From assembly GCA_016287565.1 (NCBI GenBank), contig JAEFAM010000002.1, positions 7,648 through 71,647 on the forward strand: a stretch of DNA of 64,000 nt, read 5' to 3'. A program made the position numbers and the translations under genes. Below, piece by piece: positions 1-8,845 of this stretch; the first letter of the stretch is position 1; each line of letters starts with the position of its first letter. The stretch is from Clostridia bacterium (GTDB lineage: Bacteria > Bacillota > Clostridia > UBA1212 > UBA1255). The notes beneath the pieces were generated by a model. That model searched no databases. It was not told the origin of the DNA and saw nothing but the letters and a program-made list of their open reading frames with translations.

Positions 1-952
1 CGTCCCGGCGCCGCTCGCGACGCTGTCGTTGACGCCCTTCCCGTCCTGCTCCGAAGCATAACTGCCGTCGCCGGAGAGCGACAGGAGCCGCTTCTCCCAC
101 CGCTTGAATTCGAGCTTTTCGGTCATTGCCCTGAGCTGCGCCGCGTCTCCCCTGCCCAGCTCCAGGGCGTCCACGCCCTTGTCCCCCAGCGAAAGAGGCA
201 CGCCGGTGTCGATCCGGCCCAGGTCCTTGCTGAGGTACGCCAGAGATTTATTGTCGATCAGCTTCTGCCTGAGCCCGGCCTTGGGAATATTGTCCACGTT
301 TTCGTAAACGCCGTCCAGTGAACCGTATTCGGAGATGAGGTCGATGGCGGTCTTGGGACCCACTCCGGGAACGCCCGGGATGTTGTCCGAGCTGTCGCCC
401 TGGAGCGCCTTGAGATCCACCAGCAGGTCGGGAGTCAGTCCACCGTAATTCTCTGCCACGACGGCGGCATCGTAGATCACGTCGGCTTTGTTGCCCGCCA
501 GCACCACGGAAGTATCGTCGCGCACCAACTGCAGCGAATCCCTGTCGCCGGTGAGTATGTACGTGTGGCCGGAAACGGCGCGCTTCGCCTCTCCGAACCG
601 CCTGGACAGCGTGCCCAGTATATCGTCCGCCTCGTAGCCCTCCAGCTCGATCCGGGCAACGCCCATGGCGTCCAGCAGCTCTTTCAGCACCGGCATCTGC
701 GCCGCCAGGTCCTCCGGCATAGGCTTGCGGGTGCCTTTATAGGCGGTGTACATCTTGTGTCTGAAAGTGGGCGCGTGCACGTCGAACGCCACGGCAACGT
801 GTGTGGGTCTCAGCAGGTCAACGTTTTTGAAATATATGGTGAGAAAACCGAATACGGCGCCGGTGGGCAACCCTTCCGCGTTCTTCATAAAGCTGTTCTG
901 CGTGCCGTAAAAAGCACGGTTTATGATACTGTTTCCGTCAATTACGAGGAGC
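1..952 (-). CDS. polA: DNA polymerase I, N-terminal 5'-3' exonuclease (FEN-like) part; gene runs off the window start
   Basis: Minus-strand translation gives VETLLVIDGNSIINRAFYG...GLPTGAVFGF...EADDILGT, the typical Pol I 5'-nuclease motifs. GTG start at 952 with GAGGTGA Shine-Dalgarno and an in-frame TGA just upstream. Not in the ORF track because it is truncated at the window edge. Confidence 0.8.
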
Positions 953-1104
953 GTCTCCACGGTCGTCTCACCTCAGATCCTTTTCTGGGCCAATTTTACC
1001 ACATGCCGTGTCCGGGCGCAACGGGAACGGAGGAAATGATGCGCGGCGAAATGATGGCGCTGCGTCATCATTAGCGCAGCGGCATCCTTAGCGCAGCGTC
1101 ATCA

Positions 1105-1141
1105 TTAAAAAAGCAGGCCTTTTTATCAGCCTGCTTTTTTG
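1105..1141 (-). terminator. Rho-independent terminator hairpin with U-runs on both strands, downstream of the NYN-LOTUS gene
   Basis: AGCAGGC-10 nt loop-GCCTGCT stem flanked by AAAAAA on the left and TTTTTT on the right, between polA start and the stop of the 1167..2765 gene. Confidence 0.6.
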
Positions 1142-1166
1142 AACCGCACGATCTGCTATTGTCAGA

Positions 1167-2765
1167 TCATTCTTTTTTCGTCCGGCGGGAAGAGGTTGTC
1201 CTCTTCTTTGCGCCTGATGCCTTCTCGGGCTGGCCGGAAGCGCCTGCTTCCCCGGCGGTTGTTGCCGGCTGCTCGGGTGCTTTTTCTTTCACGGCCTTTG
1301 CGCTTGCGGACCGGGTCCCTGCAGCGGATCTGCGCCTGGTCTTGGCTTCCGTTTTAGGTTCGGCTTTGACCTCTGGCTTGGCCTCAGGCTCGGCTTTGGT
1401 TTCCGCTTTAAGCTCGGCTTTTTTAGCGCCTGCGCTTCTCCTTGACGAAGATTTTTTGGCGCCGGTCACGGCTTCCTTTTTCCCTTCCGATTTGGCTTCA
1501 GCCTTGATTTCAGCCTTGGCCTCGGGCTTCGTTTCCGCTTTCACTTCCGCTTTTGATTCGACTTTCTGCTCGGCTTTCACTTCCGCTTTCGCTTCGGTTT
1601 TGGGCTCGGATCTTGTCTCGGCCTGGGTCTCGGCCTTAGCCTCTGCAGAGGCCTTGCCTGTCCTGCCGCGCCTTCTGGACGAAGACTTGCGGGTATTTGA
1701 CCCGGACTGTGCAGCAGTTTCGGATGCTGCGTTCTGCTTCTCGGCATTCTGCTTCTCGGCGGGAACGGCAGCGGCGTTGTTGACGGCGTCATCCACCGTT
1801 TTAACGGGCTCGGCGACGGCGGCGGCAACGGCGGCGGTCTTCGATTGACCCTTCTCCGCGTCCAGCCTGCGGCGCTCCTCATACTTAAGTCTCAGGCAAT
1901 AATTGCTGGGCCCTTTCTGTTTGCTCTCGAGAAATCCGAGAGACAGAAAATAAGTGGTCCAGATCTTGCGCTTTCCGGCGAACAGAGGCAGGTCCGCGTA
2001 ATCCTTGATGTCCAGATCCGGGAATTTCTGCATAAGCCGGTTGAGCATGGTGCTGGCGGAGAACCAGCCGTCATCTTCGGTGCATCCGTAAAGGAATTCC
2101 CTGATGGCGTCCCGGAGCTCTCTGTCGCTGAGTACCTTGCGCTTCTCCTCGGCAGGGGCTTCGTTCTGCTCGGGCTCGGCAGCATCGGCGGCCTGCGCAG
2201 GCAGTTCTTCTTCCCCGGCGGGTTTCTCCTCATCGGCCTTTTCAGAGGCGCCATGGGGGAATTTCGCCACGCGAAGGGGCCTGCGGGCAGCGAGCCTCAG
2301 CTTTTTCTGCTCGGTCAGTTCCTCTGCGATCCGTCTCGATTCTCTCAGCACGATGAAATCGGTGCATGCCGCCCGGAAAGCAGCGGGAGCCACGTCGTCT
2401 CCCATTCCGATGACGGTCATTCCGCTCTCTCTTAATCTGAGGGCAAGGCGGGTAAAGTCGCTGTCGTTGGTCACGATGGCGAATCCGTCGACTTTTCCGG
2501 TATATAAAATGTCCATGGCGTCAATGACCATTGCGATGTCAGTGGCGTTCTTGCCTTTTATGTAATTGAACTGCTGCACCGGCGTAAGCGCAAATTCCAC
2601 CAGTTTTTCCTTAAGAGCGCTGCGGTTGTACTCGGCCCAGTTGCCGTAGATGCGCCTGAAGGTGGCGTTGCCCCAAAGAGAAATCTCGCCGAAAATGCGT
2701 TCGAAACGCTCCGGCGAGACGTTGTCCGCGTCGATGAGAACGGCAAACGTTTTTTGATTTTCCAT
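1167..2765 (-). CDS. NYN (PIN-like) domain plus OST-HTH/LOTUS domain protein with a long Lys/Ala/Glu-rich repetitive C-terminal tail
   Basis: N-terminus FAVLIDADNVS...AMVIDAMD...IVTNDSDF matches the NYN/LabA fold. The middle segment LNRLMQKFPDLDIKDYADLPLFAGK is OST-HTH-like. The last ~180 aa are KAE/KTE repeats (AEVKAEQKVESKAEVKAETKPEAKAEIKAEAK). Confidence 0.7.
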   Translation of the reverse strand: MENQKTFAVLIDADNVSPERFERIFGEISLWGNATFRRIYGNWAEYNRSALKEKLVEFALTPVQQFNYIKGKNATDIAMVIDAMDILYTGKVDGFAIVTNDSDFTRLALRLRESGMTVIGMGDDVAPAAFRAACTDFIVLRESRRIAEELTEQKKLRLAARRPLRVAKFPHGASEKADEEKPAGEEELPAQAADAAEPEQNEAPAEEKRKVLSDRELRDAIREFLYGCTEDDGWFSASTMLNRLMQKFPDLDIKDYADLPLFAGKRKIWTTYFLSLGFLESKQKGPSNYCLRLKYEERRRLDAEKGQSKTAAVAAAVAEPVKTVDDAVNNAAAVPAEKQNAEKQNAASETAAQSGSNTRKSSSRRRGRTGKASAEAKAETQAETRSEPKTEAKAEVKAEQKVESKAEVKAETKPEAKAEIKAEAKSEGKKEAVTGAKKSSSRRSAGAKKAELKAETKAEPEAKPEVKAEPKTEAKTRRRSAAGTRSASAKAVKEKAPEQPATTAGEAGASGQPEKASGAKKRTTSSRRTKKE

Positions 2766-2905
2766 ATCGATCTCCTCCTTTCCTGCAGTATTTTGTGGCG
2801 GTCAACGCGGCCGCCCTATATATTGTATCACTTTGTGCGAAAAATAGCAACGAAAAGCGCGCCGTGCCTTAGTGCCTTCCGGACCTCCTGGCGGATGGCG
2901 TCTCT

Positions 2906-3841
2906 TCAGCGGAACCGGGGCTCCGACGTAAAGGTGCGGCGGGGCAGCAGCCCTTCCGGATCCAGTGAGACGCGCTCCTGGTCGAATTCGTATCTGGCGG
3001 CCCAGAGAGCCTGGTATTTAAGCCCCGTAAGGCGGTTCTGAGCCTCCCGGCCGTACTTGCCGTCGCCGGCGACCGGGAAGCCGAGATGAGCCAGATGGGC
3101 GCGGATCTGGTGGGTGCGGCCGGTGACCAGCATTGCCTCCAGGTCAGATATGACGGTGCCTCCCCTGCCTGCGGACCTGCCCTTGAGCCTGAGATGTGTC
3201 TCGATGGGGCGGAAGCCTTCCCTCTCTTCGTCGGACAAGGTCACCAGGCTCTCGCCGGAGCGTTTTCCCAGGAATCCGTAAAAAGGCCTCCAGGAGCCAT
3301 TTAGAGGCAGGATCGCCCCGGCATCCCCGATGACCTTGACCGCGTAGATCTTGCGGTAAAAACGGCCGTTAAGGGCATTTTTTACGGTTTCCGTGCGTTC
3401 GGGCCGCTTGGAGATGAATATAAGGCCTCCGGTGTTCCTGTCCAGCCGGTGGCAAAGCTCGAATTCCGACCTGTCTTCGCCCTTTTCTTCGCCGGCGGCT
3501 CGCACCAGCTCGATCAGGGACGGTTCTCCCGGCCTGGACGGATCCGGTTCGCTGAGGAGCCCCTGAGGCTTCTCGACCAGCATTACGCTGTCGTTCTCGT
3601 ACACGGTGACGATCCTGCCGGAGATCGCGCTCCCCGGGCCGTCCGGGTCGATATATGCGGTCACCACGTCTCCTTCGTGAAGCGCCAGTGCTCCGTCGCC
3701 GGTGCGGACGCCGTTGACCTTCACGTCCCGCTTGCGAAGCGCCCTTCGCAGCACGCCGTAGGGCACGAGAGAATATCTGGAGGCAAATATTTTCTCCAGC
3801 GCCCTGCCGTTTTCTTTTTCATTGACCGTGAATTCTATCAT
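2906..3841 (-). CDS. RluA-family 23S rRNA pseudouridine synthase (S4 domain plus PseudoU_synth_2)
   Basis: HRLDRNTGGLI catalytic Asp motif and GRTHQIRAHLAHLGFPVAGDGKYG motif. Confidence 0.8.
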   Translation of the reverse strand: MIEFTVNEKENGRALEKIFASRYSLVPYGVLRRALRKRDVKVNGVRTGDGALALHEGDVVTAYIDPDGPGSAISGRIVTVYENDSVMLVEKPQGLLSEPDPSRPGEPSLIELVRAAGEEKGEDRSEFELCHRLDRNTGGLIFISKRPERTETVKNALNGRFYRKIYAVKVIGDAGAILPLNGSWRPFYGFLGKRSGESLVTLSDEEREGFRPIETHLRLKGRSAGRGGTVISDLEAMLVTGRTHQIRAHLAHLGFPVAGDGKYGREAQNRLTGLKYQALWAARYEFDQERVSLDPEGLLPRRTFTSEPRFR

Positions 3842-3925
3842 ACCGTGGATCCTGCCGTCCCGTCCCGCCGGGCACCGGCCTGCAGTTTCCCGCCGCCGGT
3901 CTCATCTTTGGCCGCCCTGTCGTCC

Positions 3926-3962
3926 CTTAACAAAATAATAGCGGTCCGTTAGAACCGCTATT
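3926..3962 (-). terminator. Rho-independent terminator of the lipoprotein gene
   Basis: On the minus strand, AATAGCGG-loop-CCGCTATT hairpin followed by ATTTTGTT, immediately after the stop of 3986..4657. Confidence 0.5.
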
Positions 3963-3985
3963 ACCTGATATCTAATTTTGGAAGA

Positions 3986-4657
3986 TCATTTCTCGTCGGA
4001 CTTCTCGAAGCCTTCGAAACCGAAGTCAGCCATCATGTCGTTGAAGGTGCTGAGGTTCTCGTCCCAAACGGTGGTCTTGGCTTCCATGCAGACGAGGAAG
4101 AACCAGGTGTTGTTGCCGGTGGAAACGTAGAACTTGCCCTTCCAGTCCTCGCCTTCTCTTACGAAAGAGTAGTTGGCGGTGTTCCACTGGAAGTGGTTGG
4201 GTTTCTCGGAAGCGGGATCGCTGGTGAATGTGAAGGAGTCTCTGGTGAGCTCTTCCTCAACGAACACGTCGTTGAGATAGTAGTTGGACTCGGGATCCAT
4301 CAGGTTATCGGTAATACCGTTCAGGGTATTCATCATGCTGTTAGTATTGTACTTGTAGATCGTAACAGCGATGTCGCCGTTGTAGCCGGAAGCCTCGGGG
4401 AAGAACTTCGCGCAGAGGTAGCCTTCGGTGTTTCCGCGGGTGCTAAGTTCGGCAATGTGCATATCGTCATCGCCGATGCTGTAAGCCCAGTCATCCGGAT
4501 AACCTTCGCTGTAATAGAAACGCTGGTTGATGTATCTCTTTTCGAAGATATGGCTTACGGTGACCTCCTGATCTTTATTGCAGGAGAACATAGGAAGCGC
4601 CATCGCAATAACAAGGAGAACGGCAACCAGAATCTTTATTCTTGTTAATTTCGTCAT
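3986..4657 (-). CDS. Hypothetical lipoprotein in a low-GC gene
   Basis: Signal peptide with lipobox (LVIAMALPMFSC). Markedly lower GC than its flanks. No recognisable catalytic motif. Confidence 0.55.
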   Translation of the reverse strand: MTKLTRIKILVAVLLVIAMALPMFSCNKDQEVTVSHIFEKRYINQRFYYSEGYPDDWAYSIGDDDMHIAELSTRGNTEGYLCAKFFPEASGYNGDIAVTIYKYNTNSMMNTLNGITDNLMDPESNYYLNDVFVEEELTRDSFTFTSDPASEKPNHFQWNTANYSFVREGEDWKGKFYVSTGNNTWFFLVCMEAKTTVWDENLSTFNDMMADFGFEGFEKSDEK

Positions 4658-4800
4658 TTCTTAAACCTCCAAAGTATGTAATACTTTCATAGACAGGTGG
4701 CATTTTACCATATCGTTTTTAATTAGTCAATAAAAAACTTTTTTGCTGTCCGGATTTTTTTGCGCCGGCTCCGGGAGCCCCTTTTCCGCGGACGGCGTTC

Positions 4801-5786
4801 TCAGCCCCGCTCCCCCACGAACCTGATCTCCGGCTCCAGCATGACGCCAGAATCCGCGAACACCCGCTCTCTTACGGCGTCGACGAGTGCCCGTATGTCT
4901 GCGGCGGTGGCTCCTCCGCGGTTGACGATGAATCCGGCGTGTTTTTCGGACACCTGGGCGCCTCCCACTGCGAAGCCCTTCAGCCCCGACGCCTCGATGA
5001 GCCTTCCGGCGAAATCTCCGGGAGGCCTTTTAAAGGCGCTGCCGGCGCTGGGCAGTTCCAGAGGCTGCTTCTCTCTCCTGCGCCTGTTGAGTTCCCGCAT
5101 CTCGGCGGTGATGTCCATCTTAGAGCGGCCTTTCTTCAGGCGGAAATATGCTCCGGTGACGATAAAGCCGTTGTCCTGGTACGCGGAATGCCTGTACGAG
5201 AAGCCCTGGGCCTCCCCTTCCAGCGCGCCTTCGCGGACCGTCCCCGTGCCGTTGACCTCGTCTTTTACGATCTCGATATAATTGCTTTTTACGACGCACT
5301 GACAGAGTTCTCCGCCGTAGGCTCCGGCGTTCATCAATACTCCGCCGCCCACGGTCCCCGGTATCCCGGAGGCGAATTCCAGGCCGGTCAATCCCCTGTC
5401 GCACGCGAACGAGGCCACCGCGGACAATGCCGTTCCGCCGTACGCGTACACCAGCGCTCCTTCTTCGTCTTCTTCGATCAGTTCGGGTCCCGCGGCGCCC
5501 CGCTTTTCACCGTCGCAGAGCCTGATCACAACGCCCTTGAATCCGGCGTCGTCGAACACCAGGTTGCTGCCTCTTCCTATTACGTAAAAGGGAGCTCCTG
5601 CCCCGGCGGCCGTTTCGAGGGCGGCTTTAAGCGTTTCGGCGTTTCCGGCGTTGACCAGCAGATCCGCGGGTCCTCCCACCTTGAAAGTGGTACAGCGGGA
5701 GAGAGGCGCGTTCTTTTTTACGTTCGACGCGCCGCAGGCCTCCGCCAGTTTTTTGTAAAGTTCGGTGTTGTCCACGTTGTCCATCT
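4801..5786 (-). CDS. murB: UDP-N-acetylenolpyruvoylglucosamine reductase
   Basis: FAD-binding and MurB C-terminal motifs (TTFKVGGPAD...GRGSNL...GGATAADI). The track ORF of 412 aa carries an upstream extension that overlaps hprK. The internal ATG (MDNVDNTELYKK) at 5786 abuts the hprK stop. Confidence 0.85.
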
Positions 5787-5792
5787 CGTCTG

Positions 5793-6827
5793 TCAATAAT
5801 AGGGGCTGAAACCGCTGCCTCCCTCGGGAGCGCCGTTTTCGAATACCCTCTTGTTCAGTTCCTGAGCCGCGTTGTAGCCCATCATCTTCTGGCGGTTGTT
5901 CATGGTCGCCGCCTCGACTATCACTGCCAGATTGCGCCCCGGCATTACCGGTATGGTGACGCAGGGCACCTTGATGCCCAGTATCTCCGTGTAGGTGTCC
6001 TCGAGGCCTACGCGCTCGTATTCCTTGCCCTCCACCCATTTTTCAAGCTGGATCACCAGCTGGATGTTCTCCGTCATCTTGACCGCGCCCACGCCGTAGA
6101 GCCGCTTCACGTCGACGAATCCCACTCCCCGGATCTCGATCAGGTGGCGTATCACGTCGGGAGCGCTGCCTACCAGCGTCTTATGGGACACGCGGCGGAT
6201 CTCCACGATATCGTCCGCCACCAGCCTGTGGCCGCGCTTGATCAGCTCCAGCATGGTCTCGCTCTTGCCCACGCCGCTCTTGCCCCGGATCAGCACGCCT
6301 TCTCCGTATACTTCCACGAGGCCCGCGTGAACGGTCTTTCTTGGGGCAAGCTGCACGCAGAGGTATCTGTTTAGCTCGCTGTACAGCGCGGTGGTGGCAA
6401 TATCCGCTCCCAGCACCGGTATGCCGTGTTTTTCGCCCAGCGAAAGCATCTCCGGGAACGGTTCCAGGGACCGGGCAATTATCAGGCAGGGAAATCCCAT
6501 TTCGAACAGCTTAGCCAGCTTCTGCCTGCGCACGTCCTCGTCAAGGCTCTTCAGGTAGAGCATTTCGGAGTTCCCCATGAGCTGTATCCGGTCCCGGGTG
6601 AAATCTTCCGTGTAGCCGGATATCTCCAGCCCGGGCCTGTTGAGGTCGGGGGTAGATATCAGCACCTGAGAAGTCAGTTCTCCGCCGCAAAGGACGGTGA
6701 GCTGCATCTCGCTGATGATCTTGTCCAGGCTGACGCTGTAGGGCGCTTCCGAGAGCGCGCCTCCTTCGCCGCTGCCGTTATTGTCTTCGATATTGACGCT
6801 GCCGTCCATTTCCTTATCGGGGCTCAT
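5793..6827 (-). CDS. hprK: HPr kinase/phosphorylase
   Basis: Walker A GVLIRGKSGVGKSE and the HprK C-terminal signature LVADD...EIRGVG. Start chosen at ATG (MSPDKEM) rather than the longest ORF. The N-terminus is extended relative to the Bacillus enzyme. Confidence 0.8.
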   Translation of the reverse strand: MSPDKEMDGSVNIEDNNGSGEGGALSEAPYSVSLDKIISEMQLTVLCGGELTSQVLISTPDLNRPGLEISGYTEDFTRDRIQLMGNSEMLYLKSLDEDVRRQKLAKLFEMGFPCLIIARSLEPFPEMLSLGEKHGIPVLGADIATTALYSELNRYLCVQLAPRKTVHAGLVEVYGEGVLIRGKSGVGKSETMLELIKRGHRLVADDIVEIRRVSHKTLVGSAPDVIRHLIEIRGVGFVDVKRLYGVGAVKMTENIQLVIQLEKWVEGKEYERVGLEDTYTEILGIKVPCVTIPVMPGRNLAVIVEAATMNNRQKMMGYNAAQELNKRVFENGAPEGGSGFSPYY

Positions 6828-6900
6828 ATGCGTTTCATCCACTCTCCCGCCTCGTCCTTTCCAAGCTTCCATGCGTTGCCGCGCCGCCCGGTCCGGACCC

Positions 6901-7590
6901 TTAGATTATTATAAATACTATCAGCAGCACCACGGCCACGCCTATCACGACGCCGCCTATCCGCTTGTAAATATCCATATCGTGCCACTCGGGTATCTCG
7001 TCTTCTCCCTTGCGCTTGAAGAAGTGCCACAGTTCCTCCGCAAAGAAGATTATGAGCGCGCCGCCCGCGGCCACCGCCGCCACTATAATGGCCTGGGTCA
7101 CCGTGAGCAGAGGCTTTTTACCGAATATCATCGTGAGGAAAACGTTTTTGCTGAACCGTTCGAAAGGCGCTTCTTCGTAATTATCGTCGAAGCCCTCTAC
7201 AAGTTCGTAATCCACCTGAGCCGTCTTCTTGGTCTCGCCGCTGACGTAGTAGGTATACGCGTAGGGCTCCAGGGTGTAGTCCGGCATCTCGTCGGTCTGG
7301 TCGATGTCGATCTCGCTATCGTCGCGCTCCACGGGGATCCGGATGTTCATCACTATACTGTAAACGCCGTCGTCCGACTGGGTCAGGCGCCCCTCCATCA
7401 CGCGGGTGTCAACGAAATAAAACTCGTAAAGGGTAACGTCGCCGCCGCTGCCGGTGCCGGAATCGCGCACGTAGCGCACGTAATCCACCACGCCGGTGTG
7501 ATTGTCGCCGAAAGTGCGCGTCAGGAGAGTCAGCAGGCTCAAGACCAGCAGACAGACCATCAATATCGCCACGTTGCGTCCTTTGTTCAT
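6901..7590 (-). CDS. Hypothetical membrane protein
   Basis: One N-terminal and two C-terminal hydrophobic helices with an acidic middle region. No known motif. Confidence 0.5.
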   Translation of the reverse strand: MNKGRNVAILMVCLLVLSLLTLLTRTFGDNHTGVVDYVRYVRDSGTGSGGDVTLYEFYFVDTRVMEGRLTQSDDGVYSIVMNIRIPVERDDSEIDIDQTDEMPDYTLEPYAYTYYVSGETKKTAQVDYELVEGFDDNYEEAPFERFSKNVFLTMIFGKKPLLTVTQAIIVAAVAAGGALIIFFAEELWHFFKRKGEDEIPEWHDMDIYKRIGGVVIGVAVVLLIVFIII

Positions 7591-7610
7591 TGTCTCTCCC
7601 GCCGCCGGAC

Positions 7611-8840
7611 TCAGTCCAGCATATTCCTTTCAAGGGCCGATTCGTAAAGGGCCCTGGCCGTTTCCACGCTGTCTTCCCCTGTTTTGTTTTTCAGGGGGGC
7701 AAACTCGTCTTCTCTTCTGACGCGCAGGATGCCCATCTCCGGGTACCTGCAGAAAGCGTCGAATATGAACGCTTCGAACTTGTACGCGTTGGGCTTATCC
7801 GGGACAACGACCTCTCCCGCGCCGTTGACGAACTGCGTCTTCTTCACGGCCACGTGGTAAGGCAGCCCTTCCGCCCCCGCATCTTTCAGCGCGTCAACGC
7901 TGAAAATGTTGCACAGTATGTGCGCGTCTCCATAGATGAAATCGCCCCGGGCGTCCGTGGCCCTGGCCATCTCGTCGGATATTTCCGTATATTCTACTAC
8001 GTATGGCCTTCCGTCCCTGAGGCAGAAGACTCCGGCTTTCTCGTAAGGATCGCGCTTGATGAGGGACTTGCCGGCGCAGGGGTAGCCGTTCAGGGAGGCG
8101 AAGCCGATGAACAGCGGGTCGCAGAGCTTCACCAGCACGTTGTCGATGCCGCCTACGAAAGCGTACCTGATGCCGCGCTTTTCCATATCGCGGATAACGC
8201 CCCGCCTGTCCATTGCCCGGAAGATGCCTCCGTGGCCGTCGGCGCCCATCTTGATGCTGTCCGGCCTGTCCCGGACGATCCTGCCTTCAAAGTCGAGCAT
8301 GGGTAGCATGAACTGGGTGAAGAAAAATACGTTGTCCCTGTCGTAGCCGAAATAAGCGTTGTCCTCGAAGAACCGCCTGGTGGCGCCGTCGTTTTCCTCG
8401 CTGGTCATTATATACCAGGGGATCTGGCGTCCGCCTCCGGATGATGCGGCGCGTCGAAGGAGCCTCGAAGCCTGTATCTCGAACAGGGAATGCTCCCGGA
8501 CGCCCAGGTCGAAGGTGCCTTTGGGGCCCGTGTGGCCCAGCCTGGTGCCCTGGCCCCCTGCCATAGTCACCGAAGCGAAAGCGCCTTCGCGGATGAGCCT
8601 CTCCCCTTCCGCCACGTATTTAGCCCTGACTCCCTTCGGGAGCTCCTCGGCCACCGTGACGGGTATGGGAGTGATGTTGCCCTCGTCCGGACGTGCGCCT
8701 TCTCTGGCAAGGCGGTACAGGCCGGAGACCAGTTCAAGATCGATGCCCGCCAGCTTCTCCGCCGCGTCAACCGTTCCCAGAAGCTGTCCCTGACCTGCCT
8801 CTTCAAGTTCTTTTTTCAGCTTTTCTGTGTCAATGACCAT
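7611..8840 (-). CDS. UDPGP-family sugar-1-phosphate uridylyltransferase (UDP-GlcNAc/UDP-glucose pyrophosphorylase type)
   Basis: MAGGQGTRLG nucleotide-binding signature of the eukaryote-type UDPGP family. Confidence 0.7.
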   Translation of the reverse strand: MVIDTEKLKKELEEAGQGQLLGTVDAAEKLAGIDLELVSGLYRLAREGARPDEGNITPIPVTVAEELPKGVRAKYVAEGERLIREGAFASVTMAGGQGTRLGHTGPKGTFDLGVREHSLFEIQASRLLRRAASSGGGRQIPWYIMTSEENDGATRRFFEDNAYFGYDRDNVFFFTQFMLPMLDFEGRIVRDRPDSIKMGADGHGGIFRAMDRRGVIRDMEKRGIRYAFVGGIDNVLVKLCDPLFIGFASLNGYPCAGKSLIKRDPYEKAGVFCLRDGRPYVVEYTEISDEMARATDARGDFIYGDAHILCNIFSVDALKDAGAEGLPYHVAVKKTQFVNGAGEVVVPDKPNAYKFEAFIFDAFCRYPEMGILRVRREDEFAPLKNKTGEDSVETARALYESALERNMLD

Positions 8841-8845
8841 TCCGC

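Noticed and set aside
1159-2435. Plus-strand ORFs antisense to the NYN-LOTUS gene (1159..1848, 1845..2435, 2104..2565). The same pattern occurs in the track opposite most large genes, for example 9254..10489, 19431..20825, 24776..26422 and 58879..60159
   Set aside because: These are shadow ORFs of high-GC coding DNA. They have low-complexity Ala/Gly/Arg-rich translations and no motifs. The opposite strand carries strongly recognisable proteins.
4801-6039. Long N-terminal extensions in the ORF track (murB 412 aa; also upp, secG, dgt, the GH51 gene, acs)
   Set aside because: The extensions start at TTG/GTG codons that lie inside or immediately after the Shine-Dalgarno sequence, or overlap the upstream gene. 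Internal ATG codons with a properly spaced GGAGG-type SD give proteins of canonical length.
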